Assembly: GCA_964016885.1 (NCBI GenBank)
Contig: OZ024762.1
Span: 5,642,001 to 5,706,000 of the forward strand
Direction: 5' to 3'
DNA from: Eledone cirrhosa
Lineage: Eukaryota
Length of the DNA: 64,000 nucleotides
In this document: in pieces, positions 49,521 through 63,760 of the stretch
Layout: each line of letters starts with the position of its first letter
How positions within the stretch are numbered: position 1 is the stretch's first letter
Notes under the pieces: model-generated
The model's database searches: none
What the model was told of the DNA's origin: nothing
Seen by the model: only the letters and a program-made list of their open reading frames with translations
Translations under genes and position numbers: made by a program

Positions 49521-51339
49521 TGAAAGGAGCTGATTATCAAACAATGTTTCCATTACAACTCCTGGCAGAAGGAGCAATGTGAGATTTAGCAAAATATTCC
49601 TCTGTCCCATCTGTGAATTTAACCAACAAGCTTATGATCATTAGCCCAAAACCTTAACCACTGAGCCACATGGCTTGTTATAGAAATAAAGTTTATTTAG
49701 TACAACACAATATACTGCAGCGTCTGCAAGAGATACTGCAATGTGGCAGGTGCAATCATCACTGCAATATGAACTGCACACATGCACTGCTGACTATTGC
49801 ATGTGTAATATATATATATATGTGTGTGCATGTGCATGTGCATGGATGTAATGCACATCTTTACACACATGCACTACTAACTCTATTGCATGTACATATA
49901 GCAACATCATCATCATAATCATTTAGGCAGATAAATGGTGCTAAAATGCTTGTTATATCAGGCCAGAATCAGTTACCGTATGAGCAAGACAAGGTCAGCC
50001 AACCGGACACTGCCCACAACAGGACAACCCATCTAACCCATGCTAGCGTGGAAGCACGGACATAAAATGATGATGATGATGATATATATTTATATATATA
50101 TATATATATATATATACAAATATATATATAAATATAATATATATATATATACATATACATGCATATACACATGAGCACTAATAATATGCAAATTAGTAAG
50201 TCCATCTCAGGATATTAGTATACATGACAGGGTATTTAAGCCCCTCGATTACTTATTTCTTGTAGTTGTTTAGTTGATGTACATAGATTCGCACGAAAAT
50301 CCAACTAGGTCTGAAAACCAGTTGTTTATCATGTTTTCAATTCACAGGAAAATATGTATATTTGGCATGTTTACATGTCTATATAATAAAAATGTGTAAA
50401 TTTATATGTATATTTACGCAGTCTCGATTACGTCTAATCTGTATATATACATACATATATATGTATATAATGCTTGTACATTCACCCCTAGATTCCTATT
50501 GCTCTCTTATGGTCAGAAACATATACTCTTACAACTAATACAGACCAATAAAATACGCACACTCCACTTTTCCCTTCACAATTCTGTATACACACACACC
50601 CTTACATTAACATACTTTTGCTCGTAGTTTCATACTCACAAGCACACACACTCTTTTACTTACATATACATACACATATCATCTTAGCTTCGTACGGACA
50701 TATAACATCACGCACACATGCATACGCACAAGTGTAGCTCTTTATACAAAACAGTTTTTTTTTCCATTTCAGGTAGACGCGCTCCATCATCCACTTTTCT
50801 AAAAACAATAAATCATACACAAAACGCCAGCATCAACAGTTTTCCAAGAGATGTCAACATGAATGGACCTGTTATTTTTATCTAAAGACATTTATTTCCA
50901 ATTCCACCCTGCCTGTCTCTTCAATCTATCTTATTTCTCATTCTTTCTTCTGATGAAGGACTAGCGTTTTATATATATGTATATATGCTTTCACCGTATT
51001 TTTGACTAAAGAATTTTTTTAGCCTGATAGTGGGTTTAGAACCCTCAGATAAATGGAAAAAGATGAGTATTGACGTACAACCTCATTTACAGTGAGTACT
51101 GGGTGCTTTTTTCCGTGGCACCTCCACGACCACTTTTCAGTGGAATGATAAGGACCCCAGTCACTATCATCTCATTTCTACAGCTGAGTAAACTGGAGCA
51201 ATGTGAAATAAAGTGTCTTGCTCAAGGAAACAACACATCACCCGGTCTGAGAATTGAACTCACAATCTTAGGCCAATGCTCTAACCACTAAGCTATGTGC
51301 CTCCATTGTATGTATATATATATATCTGTGTGTGTGTGT

Positions 51340-52001
51340 CCAAGTATATTAAGGAATTGATAAGTCTGATGAGGTATCAAGTCCAGAGTTGGGTGCCATT
51401 ATTACCGGTTGTGCCTTGAGCTGATCAATCATGAAACAATAGTTACAATGATGCCAAGTCATACAAAATGGTGTCATACCCAATGATTGGTGTAGCAGCA
51501 CCATCATAAACTGCTAAAAGGGCAAAAGAGATGCTCTAGATAGAGAAACTATAGAGGCATTAAGTTGGTTGACCAGGTTATGAAGGTTTTTGAAAGAATC
51601 ATAGGTCAGCTGATTAGAGAATGAATTAACATAAATGAGATGCAGTTTAGATTTGTCTCAGGTAAAACTATCACAGATGCCCTCTTCCTTGTAAGACACT
51701 GCAGAAGAAATACCTAGCTAAGAGTAAACCTCTCTACTTGGCTTTTGTCGACTTGGAGAAAGCTTTTGACAGAGTTCCCCCGTTCCATTATCTGGTGGGG
51801 TCTTAGAAAACTAGGAGTTGACAAACGGTTTGTGAGGGCAGTTAAAGCAATGTATAGAAGAACAGGGTCAGAATTAACAAGGTCAGAATGAATAATGACT
51901 ATAGCGAAGAATTTAGCGTGCAGGTTGGTGTCCATCAGGGCTCTGTTCTTATCCCTCTTCTGTTTATTATTGTTCTGCAGGCAATAACAGAGGAGTTTAA
52001 A
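51340..52001 (+). pseudogene. RTE RT N-terminal half, decayed (probably the family of 1-991)
   Basis: NYRGIKL.DQVMKVFERII, EMQFRF, LAFVDLEKAFDRVPR, GVHQGSVL.PLLFIIVLQAITEEFK; this would continue into TGCPWELLYADD as seen at nt 5. Confidence 0.85.
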
Positions 52002-52085
52002 GAAAAAAATAATCTTTAAATATACCTTTACGTTTTACCTATAACCTTTGATTTGTATAGAACTTTACCCTCTTTTTCAACTATA

Positions 52086-52169
<84 letters not shown>

Positions 52170-52174
<5 letters not shown>

Positions 52175-52541
52175 TGTTTTTGAATTTGTTTTGCGAGATT
52201 TCTTATGTGAAAATGTGTTGAAACAGATATTGTTATACTTTGGGATGGTTATGTTGCCAATAAAAACACACGCACCTGCTGGTTTTCACTTTTATTATAA
52301 GTTTCCGGTTGGTTGGTTGGTTGGTTGGTTGGTTGGATAACCGGATGGTTGTTTATATATTGTCAAAGCTCTTTCGTCACACATTCTGTGACCTCCTCAG
52401 TGACTAGGTTTTTATTTTGTGTCTCTACGTTGTTCTGTTCTACACTAACCGGAAACTTATAATAAATTGAAGTGAAAACCAACATGTCAACATGTGGGTG
52501 TGTTTTTATTGGCAACATGACCCTCCCAAAGTATAACAATA
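52170..52541. mobile_element. Family D PLE-like inverted pair
   Basis: ATATTGTTATACTTTGGGA.GGT.ATGTTGCCAATAAAAACACAC on + (52228 onward) and on - (from 52541); fragments also at 9698-9790 and 6300-6364. Confidence 0.6.
52362..52404 (-). ncRNA. Minimal type I hammerhead ribozyme (family D)
   Basis: GTCA-CTGAGGA-g-GTCACA gaatg TGTGAC-GAAA-gagc-TT|TGAC; a truncated copy is at 6346-6363 (+). Confidence 0.75.
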
Positions 52542-52641
52542 TAAAACACACACACATATAAACATACATAAATACAACAAATACATATAAGTACACACAT
52601 ACATACACACATGCATACATTCCTACATACACACATACATG

Positions 52642-52673
<32 letters not shown>

Positions 52674-53951
52674 TACATACATATATACACACATACATGC
52701 ATACATACACACATACATACACACATATATACATACATACATACAGACAGACATGCATACATACATACACATATACATACCTGCATACATACATACATAT
52801 ATACATACCTGCATACATACATACACATATACATATCTGCATACATACATACACATATACATATCTGCATACATACATACACATATACATACATACACAT
52901 ATACATACATACATACACATATACATACCTGCATACATACATACACATATACATATCTGCATACATACACATATACATATCTGCATACATACATACACAT
53001 ATACATACATACATACACATATACATACCTATATACATAGCTATATACACATGTTAACAGAGCACCTTTAACAAACTGATGTCACATGCGTTGAAATATT
53101 GTATTAACATAGAATATGGTTAAGTTATGTTGTGTGGTGACAGTGGATGTGGTGGTGATGGTGGTGGTGGTGGTGGTGGTGGTGGTGGTGGTGGTGGCGG
53201 TGGTGGTGGTGGTGACAGTGGATGTGGTGGTGGCGGTGGTGGTGGTGGTGGTGACAGTGGTGGTGGCGGTGGTGGTGGTGGTAGTGGTGGTGGTGGTGGT
53301 GGATGGTGGCGGTGGTGGTGGTGGTGACGGTGGTGGCGGTGGTGGTGGCGGTGGTGGCGGTGGTGGTGGCGGTGGTGGCGGTGGTGGTGGTGGTGGTGGT
53401 GGTGGTGGTAATGGTAGTGACGGTGGTGGTGGAGGTGTTGGTGGTGGTGGTGGTGGTGGTGGTGGTGGTGGTGGTGGTGGTGGTGGTGGTGGTGGTGACA
53501 GTGGATGTGGTGGTGGTGACAGTGGATGTGGTGGTGGTGGTGGTGGTGGTGGTGGCGGTGGTGGTGGCGGTGGTGGTGGTGGTGGTGGTAATGGTAGTGA
53601 CGGTGGTGGTGGAGGTGTTGGTGACGGTGGTGGTGGTGGAGGTGGTGGTGGTGGTGGTAGTGACGGTGGTGGTGGTGGTGTCGGTGGTGACACTACATAA
53701 TGGTGTGGTGTTGGGGAGGTGATGGGGGCTGGTAGTGGTAGTTGAGGTAGCAGTGATGGTGGTGGCACTGAATAATGGTGTGGCATTGGTAGTAGTATTA
53801 GAGTTACTCTCAACACCACTACCACTCCACATACCACACTACCACTCCACCACATACCACACCACTACTCCACCACATACCACACTACCACTCCACCACA
53901 TACCACACCACTACTCCACCACATACCACACTACCACTCCACCACATACCA

Positions 53952-53993
<42 letters not shown>

Positions 53994-54064
53994 ACCTGAC
54001 CAACACCTGATTATCACCTGGAAGAATCACATGTGCTGTTGTGAATGGAAAAATATACACCTCC

Positions 54065-54096
<32 letters not shown>

Positions 54097-54152
54097 ATAG
54101 ACATATACATGCATATATGTATATACACACATACATATACATAAATACATAA

Positions 54153-54184
<32 letters not shown>

Positions 54185-54204
54185 TTATATACACACACAC
54201 ACCC

Positions 54205-54261
<57 letters not shown>

Positions 54262-54301
54262 TAACAGATTAAAGTTTAAGCAAAGAATCGCTGCTTTCTA
54301 T

Positions 54302-54334
<33 letters not shown>

Positions 54335-54339
<5 letters not shown>

Positions 54340-54466
54340 ATAGCTGTCGAAACGGCTTGAGCTCTGCCGTCGGGGTCATACTTTTTCCTATTACCCACTC
54401 TATTACCCTGAGTATTGAGTACTCTGGTGCGTTATGGTCCATCTGGTTCCTTACCACAACTCCTTC

Positions 54467-54470
<4 letters not shown>
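54335..54470 (+). mobile_element. Family A remnant, single arm between (TA)n tracts
   Basis: CAGAAATAGCTGTCGAAACGGCTTGAGCTC...TTGAGTACTCTGGTGCG...CCTTCGTT(TA)n. Confidence 0.7.
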
Positions 54471-54523
<53 letters not shown>

Positions 54524-54939
54524 TATAGGCACACACACACAAACACACACACACACATACATATACAGACACATACATACACCTACATACATACATACAT
54601 GCACACCCACATACAAAATTATTTTATTTAATGAATATATAATGAAATACCGAGATGGCTGTATTGATAGTGGGAGGTCAAGTAAAACTTGAGGATTTTT
54701 ACAGAGAATGTTGTAATCAAGGAATTATCAAATCAAATATTTTATACTATAAATCCTGTCATTTTTGACAGGTATTATGCTAGTATGTATCTCTCTCTCT
54801 CAATATATATTTGTTTTTAAAATCCAACGCCAATAATTACACCAGGATTTTTTCATTCTGATGATTGAAAGCAAAATTTTTTTGCTTTTAAGAAACCACT
54901 GGTAAATGAAATAATTGCCTTATGTTGTTTATTACATAA

Positions 54940-55009
<70 letters not shown>

Positions 55010-55109
55010 GAGTTACCAGTTAGACTATTAACTATTAAGAGAATATTTAGCGAAGTATTCGACACTTGGGAAAGTGTATAGTCAAAAGTTAGTGCCGGGT
55101 GGCTGTTTC

Positions 55110-55165
<56 letters not shown>

Positions 55166-55195
55166 TATTAATAAAAATAGATGTTCTTTTGATCA

Positions 55196-55258
55196 ATTAC
55201 ATTTTATTATACATATTTCGGATGTACAACAGTACGTCCTCATCAGACAAAATATAAT
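55196..55258 (-). ncRNA. Hammerhead on the left arm (family C)
   Basis: Reverse complement of 55349-55411 with one difference at the stem II loop. Confidence 0.75.
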
Positions 55259-55348
55259 GATACATGACATACCCTGAGATGTTAAATGGTTAAGATTAAA
55301 TCTTGATTAAATCTTAACCATTTAACATCTCAGGGTATGTCATGTATC

Positions 55349-55411
55349 ATTATATTTTGTCTGATGAGGACGTACTGTTTTACATCCGAAATATGTATAA
55401 TAAAATGTAAT
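55349..55411 (+). ncRNA. Type I hammerhead ribozyme (family C)
   Basis: ATTATATTTTGT-CTGATGA-GGACGTA ctgttt TACATCC-GAAA-tatgta-TA|ATAAAATGTAAT: 12-bp stem I including G-U pairs. Confidence 0.78.
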
Positions 55412-55551
55412 TGATCAAAAGAACATCTATTTTTATTAATACTTATATTAATAACTCCTGAAAATTATATATATTTCGTTGAGTGCTTCCAATCTACTGT
55501 AAAACTCATTCTTTGACATACTCATCGAATATTGTTTAACAACTTAATACT

Positions 55552-55616
<65 letters not shown>

Positions 55617-55908
55617 AAGAGCCTTGTTTCAGGGGGGTACCAGGGGACTAGTCGCCCCTCACACTTTTTCAAACGTCTATATTTTAATTTTTGTTTATTT
55701 GATATAATAAATTCTTTTAAAGCTTATTCTTTTATATCTGAACTTCATTTGAATATATAAAATTTAATTAGCGTAAAATTTTCCTTATGCGATAGGGTCC
55801 GGGAAAGGCACCATGGGTAATTTATGCTCCTTTAAGAATCAACAAATGTTGGTTTGTCCCCCATCACATTTTTAAGACAAACGAGGCCCGTGTGTGTGTT
55901 TGTATGTT

Positions 55909-56052
<144 letters not shown>

Positions 56053-56131
56053 ATATGTATATATATATATATATATACATATGTATATATATATATATAC
56101 ACATATGTATATATATATATATACACATATG

Positions 56132-56198
<67 letters not shown>

Positions 56199-56264
56199 GT
56201 ATGTATATATATATACATATGTATATATATATATATATATATACATATGTATATATATATATAC

Positions 56265-56312
<48 letters not shown>

Positions 56313-56339
56313 GTATATATATATATATATACATATGTA

Positions 56340-56494
<155 letters not shown>

Positions 56495-56749
56495 CAACAC
56501 CGGCGCTGAATCAAAAAGCTAAGCCGATCGGTAAAATATATAGATCAATAAAATATGGAGATCGATAAAATAAATAGCCGACTGAAATAGTCACTCGCGG
56601 ATGCTACGATCAAGTAAAAAATAACAGCCTTGAGTGCGATGCTCCAGTATGGCCACTGTCTAATAATTAAACCCACGTAAGAATGACAGGAATTTCATTT
56701 TAAAAAATGTTTATCTATACATCCATCCATACACACACACATACACACA

Positions 56750-56783
<34 letters not shown>

Positions 56784-56862
56784 CATACACACACACATAC
56801 ATACATACATACATACATACATACATACATACATACATACATACATACACACACACATACAT

Positions 56863-56893
<31 letters not shown>

Positions 56894-56937
56894 TACATAC
56901 ATACATACATACATACATACACACACACATACATACA

Positions 56938-56971
<34 letters not shown>

Positions 56972-57148
56972 CATACACACATACATACATACATACATAC
57001 ATACATACATACATACATCCATCCATACACACACACACACACACATACATACATACATACACACATACATACATACACACATACATACATACATACATAC
57101 ATACATACATACACCTCACACAAGTGTATGTATGTATGTATGTGTGTG

Positions 57149-57180
<32 letters not shown>

Positions 57181-57181
<1 letters not shown>

Positions 57182-57384
57182 CGAAGGAAAAGTGGTAAGG
57201 AACCAGGTGGACCATAACGCACCAAAGTACTCAATACTTAGGGTAGGAGAGTGGGTAATAGGAGTAAGTAAGACCCCGACGGCTGAGCTCAAGCCGTTTC
57301 GACGGCTAATTCTGTACTGAATTAGCCGAGTACAGAATTAGCCGTCGAAACGGCTTGAGCTCAGCCGTCGGGGTCTTACTTACT

Positions 57385-57388
<4 letters not shown>
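57181..57388 (-). mobile_element. Family A palindromic remnant
   Basis: Homologous to 3731-3962. Confidence 0.7.
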
Positions 57389-57449
<61 letters not shown>

Positions 57450-57453
<4 letters not shown>

Positions 57454-57690
57454 ATGTTTAACCCCGACGGCAGAGCTCAAGCCGTTTCGACGGCTATTTC
57501 AGGACTAAATTAGATGGGGCTATTTATTTACCACGCTAAAAATCTAATATAGTCCAGAAATAGCCGTCGAAACGGCTTGAGCTCTGCCGTCGGGGTTAAA
57601 CATTTTCCTATTTCGCACTCTACTACCCTAAGTATTGAGTACTCTGGTGCGTTTTGGTCCATCTGGTTGCTTACCACACCTCCTTCGTTT
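57450..57690 (+). mobile_element. Family A palindromic remnant with the longest central region
   Basis: GACGGCTATTTCAGGACTAAATTAGAT[26 nt]ATCTAATATAGTCCAGAAATAGCCGTCGAAAC; TTGAGTACT tail; (TA)n flanks. Confidence 0.7.
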
Positions 57691-57739
57691 TATATATATA
57701 TATGTGTGTGTGCGTGTGCGTGTGTGCGTGTGTGTGTGC

Positions 57740-57759
<20 letters not shown>

Positions 57760-57770
<11 letters not shown>

Positions 57771-57772
57771 CG

Positions 57773-57838
<66 letters not shown>

Positions 57839-57983
57839 AATATCTCACACAACATAGATGAGTGAGTACTCAGAAGTGTATGTGTATGTGTGCGTGTGCA
57901 ATGTTTATATGTATGTAAGTATATCTATCTATTTATCTATGTATGTCTATATGAGTGTGTGTGTGTGTGTGTACCTATACGTA

Positions 57984-58017
<34 letters not shown>

Positions 58018-58019
58018 CG

Positions 58020-58054
<35 letters not shown>

Positions 58055-58202
58055 GTAAATATCTCACACAACATAGATGAGTGAGTACTCAGAAATGTAT
58101 GTGTGTGTGTGCGTGTGCAATGTTTATATGTATGTAAGTATAGCTATCTATTTATCTATGTATGTCTATATGAGTGTGTGTGTGTGTGTGTACCTATACG
58201 TA

Positions 58203-58236
<34 letters not shown>

Positions 58237-58238
58237 CG

Positions 58239-58273
<35 letters not shown>

Positions 58274-58420
58274 GTAAATATCTCACACAACATAGATGAG
58301 TGAGTACTCAGAAATGTATGTGTGTGTGTGCGTGTGCAATGTTTATATGTATGTAAGTATAGCTATCTATTTATCTATGTATGTCTATATGAGTGTGTGT
58401 GTGTACCTATACGTATGTGT
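57760..58420. repeat. 219-bp tandem triplication
   Basis: TATCTCACACAACATAGATG at 57841, 58060 and 58279. Confidence 0.88.
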
Positions 58421-58867
58421 GTGTGTGTGTAAGAGTACAGATATATGTGGGAGTATGTGTAGGCGCGTGTGTAGGCGGGTGTGTAGATATGTATACACGA
58501 ATACAATGTTGTTATGATGTTGATGATGATGATGATGGCGGTCAGACACAGGTCCGAAATGATGTCATTTCCGACTTGGGTCTGAAAGGCGCTCCTACCG
58601 TGCCCACCATGGGATTATTTTTCAGTGCTACATTATAGACTGTGTCCTCCTATCATTTGCGACATTTCAGCTGCTATTTCTAGCATTCCGAGTGACCACA
58701 TAGCGGGCCTCCTCTCTGGCTCGTTAGTACGTGTGGCAGTAAGGTGTGTATATAATATATATACACGCCTACATATACACATACATATATATATATATAT
58801 ACACACACATACAGTGTTGTTGTTGTTGTTTATTGTTATACGTGTATATATATATATATATATATAC

Positions 58868-58914
<47 letters not shown>

Positions 58915-58947
58915 CACACACAGAGGTAAGCAGGTTTCTATATATAC

Positions 58948-58986
<39 letters not shown>

Positions 58987-59003
58987 TATATATATATACA
59001 TAC

Positions 59004-59036
<33 letters not shown>

Positions 59037-59152
59037 CACATACATATACATACACACATATATATAAATACACACACATATATCTATATATACACATACA
59101 TATACACACACACATACATATAAATACACACACACATATATATAATAACAAT

Positions 59153-59815
59153 TAACGGTGCTGCGATCGAATGTGGCTCTTTAGCCCAGCCAATGATCTA
59201 AAATGTCTTGCACAACCAAAACATTCACTGGGAATAGCCGGCTGTGGTTGGAGTTCATGTACCCTTGCATGTCATTTGAGCCCTCCTGCTGATCTACATT
59301 CTCTTCCACATGCTTGACAGGCATGCTGAGTAGCATCTCCAACAGCAGCCTGGTTGTCAACCATTGGTCTCACTTTATGACTGCGAAGATGACTTTCGAG
59401 TCCAGCTTTGCTGAGGCAGAGTCTCGCACAGACGCTGCATGTCAGCACCATAGGAGGAACTTTGCTGTCTGGAAATGCAACAGCAATGCCCTTCCTCACA
59501 TCCCTTTTTACTTTCTCGTATGTGATTCGAGATGCCCCAAAGGCAACTTTCCCCTCATATACAGTCTTTCTCCATTTATTACGATCAGCAGAGATGTTAG
59601 CGTCTTTCAAAGAGGCTTTCAAGGAATCCTTATACTTCTTTTTAGGTTTATGTGGAGGTCGTTTTCCTTTAACTAACTTTCCACAAAAGAGTTGTTTCGG
59701 TATTCCAGAATCCTTCATCCTGGCAAGATGACCACTCCATCGGAGTCCTTGCTTAAGCACAAGAGCTTCTATACTTTCACACAGAGGGCTTTCCAAAATC
59801 TCGACATCACTGCTG
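59153..59815 (-). pseudogene. RTE LINE 3' ORF fragment ending in tandem C2H2 zinc fingers
   Basis: LRWSGHLARMKDSGIPKQLFCG...KKYKDSLK...CSVCARLCLSKAGLESHLRSH...CQACGRECRSAGGLK*H..H; a third, frameshifted finger reads FRSLAGLKSHIRSQH. Confidence 0.8.
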
Positions 59816-59928
59816 CGGTCTCAGTCAAAATGATCAACGTTCAACGAACCCTGACATCGACAAGGACAACAACAGTACTGGAACACCAACACCAATATCT
59901 ACAACAACAACAACATCAACACAGAACA

Positions 59929-59972
<44 letters not shown>

Positions 59973-60489
59973 TTGGTGGTGGTGGTGGTAGCAGCAGCGG
60001 TAATAAGAAGACTGGAGGGTCACAGCTGGAATGTCTGCTCACGCAAGACCAATCTATGGCTAAACAACAACAATAACAACATGTAGCTTCTACGTGGCCA
60101 GGGGAGATGCTAGAAATAGCCACCAAATCTCTATCGTGGACACACATTACATAGTGGGGTATGGATGGATATCTCTTCTCCACACAAATAATGATAGGGG
60201 TGGTCATGGCTGGAACACCTCTGATCATAGGTCTGCCTTGACCTGAGCCGGCCTAGGGCTCAGGTCAACTATACAACTTATAATGACAACAACAATTACG
60301 ACGACGAAGACAACATCAGAACAACAATAACAGCAACAACAACAATAAACAACAACAACAACACTAATGACAACAATAACAACACTAATGACAACATATA
60401 CACACACAACATACAAACACACAGCATACATACATATACACAACATATATATACACATGCACACAACATTTTTTTTTTTTTTTTTTAGT

Positions 60490-60702
60490 CGATCGACTTT
60501 CGTCAAATCGGACCGAGGAAACAATGTTTCCGTTGGTCTTTCCAATTGCTAGTACTCTCTATCGGTCGCAACTCCAGGTAGAAGGAGCAACGTGAAATAA
60601 AGTGTCTTGCTCAAGGACATAACGCATTGCCCGGTCCGGGAATCGAACTCACAACCTCACGATTAGGAATCCAATTCTCTAACCACTCGGCCACACGCCT
60701 TC
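60490..60702 (-). mobile_element. tRNA-derived SINE with A-rich tail
   Basis: TGGCCGAGTGGTTAG A box, GAGTTCGATTCC B box, TGTCCTTGAGCAAGACACTT core; related fragments at about 49560-49675 and 51180-51305. Confidence 0.8.
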
Positions 60703-60889
60703 ACACAACATATATATATATACACATACAACATATATATATATACATACACACACGCAACATACTGTAGGAGTAGAATTGGTGAAACACCAGAAATGTC
60801 ACATATATACTCACACGATACTCCAGCATGGCCAGAAGACTCAACTCTATTCCTTTTGTATAGAACAGAACGGAGAGGGGGGGGGGACA

Positions 60890-61435
60890 AAAGAATGATA
60901 GGGTTTGTATGGAAGAAAAGAATGGTGGAGTTTGTATGGAAGAACAAAATGATGGGGTTTGTATGGAAGAACAGAATTGTAGGGTTTGTATGGAAGAACA
61001 GAATGATGGGGTTTGTATGGAAGAACAGAATGGTGGGGTTTGTATGGAAGAACAGAATGGTGGAGTTTGTATGGAAGAACAGAATGGTGGGGTTTGTATG
61101 GAAGAACAGAATGGTGGAGTTTGTATGGAAGAACAGAATGGTGGGGTTTGTATGGAAGAACAGAATTGTAGGGTTTGTATGGAAGAACAGAATGATGGGG
61201 TTTGTATGGAAGAACAGAATGGTGGGGTTTGTATGGAAGAACAGAATGGTGGAGTTTGTATGGAAGAACAGAATGGTGGGGTTTGTATGGAAGAACAGAA
61301 TTGTAGGGTTTGTATGGAAGAACAGAATGATGGATTTGTATGGAACAACAGAATGGTGGAGTTTGAATGGAACACCAGAATGGGGTGATTGTGTGGAGCA
61401 ACAGAATGGGAGGGGGTATGGAACAACAGAATGAC
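60890..61435. repeat. 27-bp minisatellite (GTTTGTATGGAAGAACAGAATGGTGGG)n
   Basis: About 19 units. Confidence 0.92.
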
Positions 61436-62256
61436 AATGTGGACTGAATTACATAAAGGTCATTTTAGATTGACAAGCTCCAACCCCCCCAGCCCTGCCA
61501 CCCACCGAGATGACACTCACTAAGACACATACATAACTATGGATGTTGGCAGTGGCATACCGGGTCTAAAAATATTGGTTGCCAGGAGATAAAGGGGGCC
61601 TAACCAAATATAGAATGCTATCATTTAATATTTATAATGAATAAATAACATTTTAGAAAAATACATAAGTAAAAACAAAAGAGTGCAATCAATTTTTTTT
61701 ACTAATTATAGTGTATATCATCATCATCATCATCATCATCATCGTTTAACGTCTATCTACCACGCTAGCATGGGTTTAGATGGGAATTGTCCCACTTGAA
61801 GCAAGATTGGTCGTCTCGCTCGTATAGGACACTCTGGCAGGTTTTCTACAGCTGGATTCCCTTCCTAACACCAACCACATTACAGCGTGTACTGTGTGTT
61901 TTTTTTGTCGTGGCACCTACACGGCCTCATTTATTTTGGACTGGATGTTGTGGTACCAGCATAACTTTACAGAGAGAGGGTGGTGTTGGTGGGAGTGGGG
62001 GTGGAGTATGGGTAGTGGGATGGGGGTGTATATAAGTGCCTACTGACTAGGTTTCGCTATGTACATAGACAAGGCGGGTCTTCTGTATATATATACTGTA
62101 CATATTATTAACAGTATACAGTAATACTAAATGTTAATACAGAATGTTATAATTGAATACACATACATACATACACACACAAGCATATATACACATGCAT
62201 ACATACATACACAAACATACATACATACATACACAAACATATATACACATGCATAC

Positions 62257-62533
62257 ATGTGGCCTAGTGGTAAGAGTGTTGGGCTTACGATCATAATGTC
62301 ATGAGTTCGATTCCTGGGTTGCGTGTTGTGTTCTTGAGCAAAACACTTCATTTCACGTTGCTCCAGTATACTCAGCTGAAAATGAGTACCAGCAATAGCT
62401 GGAGGTTTAACCCTGCGATGGACTGGCGTCCTGTCCAGGGGGGAGTCTTGTACTCTCAGTCGCTTCACGCCATGAAACCGGGATAACCACCGGCCAAATG
62501 AACCTTCTGGCTTAAGACAGACTTTAGACTTTA
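62257..62533 (+). mobile_element. Full-length tRNA-derived SINE (third family)
   Basis: TGGCCTAGTGGTAAG A box, GAGTTCGATTCC B box, CCTGCGATGGACTGGCGTCCTGTCCAGGGG domain, (GACTTTA)n tail. Confidence 0.82.
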
Positions 62534-62770
62534 GATATATATATATATACACATACATACATATGCATATATACACATGCATACATACACATACATACGC
62601 ACACACATACACACACATATATATATACTTACATGCACACATACATATACTTACATGCACACATACATACACATAGATACACACACACACATATATATAT
62701 ACATGCATACACACACACACACATATATATATACATACACACACACACACATATATACACACATACACAA

Positions 62771-62828
<58 letters not shown>

Positions 62829-63124
62829 TTACATACACACAAATTATACTGGACACAAGGAGTTGAATAATGGCGTGGGAGACTATTGATAAAAATCTCC
62901 AATAATAATGACAGAACTATCATCAATGTTCAATAATTGATTACACTGAAGACAGGTTTTTTATTTAAGACTGTCCAGATTTTCAAGACCAGTGTTGGAC
63001 TTACCTATAATCTAAATAAAGTATAATATATTTTAGGGCCACACACCTTCGGGGGCCTCATTAAAAAAAAAACATATTTTCATTTTATCATTAGTTTTTA
63101 TTCTTTAACATTAAATCATTAAAA

Positions 63125-63168
<44 letters not shown>

Positions 63169-63722
63169 AAAAAAAGAAAAGAATGTCTTCACTTGTAGTT
63201 CTAAACAATTTGATTTAATTTTATATTATAATATTATGAGTTGGTGGATCTAGTAAGTTCTTTGTTAACCTCATGGGAAGATTTTTAAAGATTCCTGGTT
63301 AACTTTCCTGGCGATTGTCAAACTGAGATCAGGTTGTTTTGTGGTGTGTGACTCTATATATAAGAGAGATTTGGATGTGTCTGGGAGTGGGGTGCGGTGT
63401 TAATGAGTGTGGGCATAAAGGAGTGTTGATGAAGATTTAAAGGAATTAAAGCATACACATATACACACATACATATATACACAGAAAATGGTGAATGGTG
63501 ACAGCAAGATAATTGAATGGGACTGCTGTTGGGTTTTTTTTAAAGAGTGTTTAAGAAAGGGGCTGTAAAAGTCCCCTCCTGCTGGTTCCATTTCAATAAA
63601 TGACCTTTGATGAATATAATGGCAGGATGTTTTTCAAATTTGTTTCTTATAGCTGAATCAACTCTCTTAAATTTATAAAGAACACCTTCAACAATCTGAT
63701 ACAACACAATAAAGACTAAAGT

Positions 63723-63760
<38 letters not shown>

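Larger units (their letters stand above)
55160..55550. mobile_element. Family C fold-back palindrome (55160-55447) plus tail between (TA)n tracts
   Basis: Arms of about 143 bp, centre about 55303; TTGAGTGCT at 55479. Confidence 0.82.

Noticed and set aside
51360-51385. CTGATGA motifs at 51366, 14093 and 54858
   Set aside because: They lack a stem II plus GAAA arrangement; 51366 lies within a decayed RT ORF.
62990-63060. AG|GTAAGT donor or microexon on minus at 63004
   Set aside because: The context (CAGTGTTGGACTTACC...TAGGGCC...GGGGGCCTC) resembles a decayed MITE terminus.
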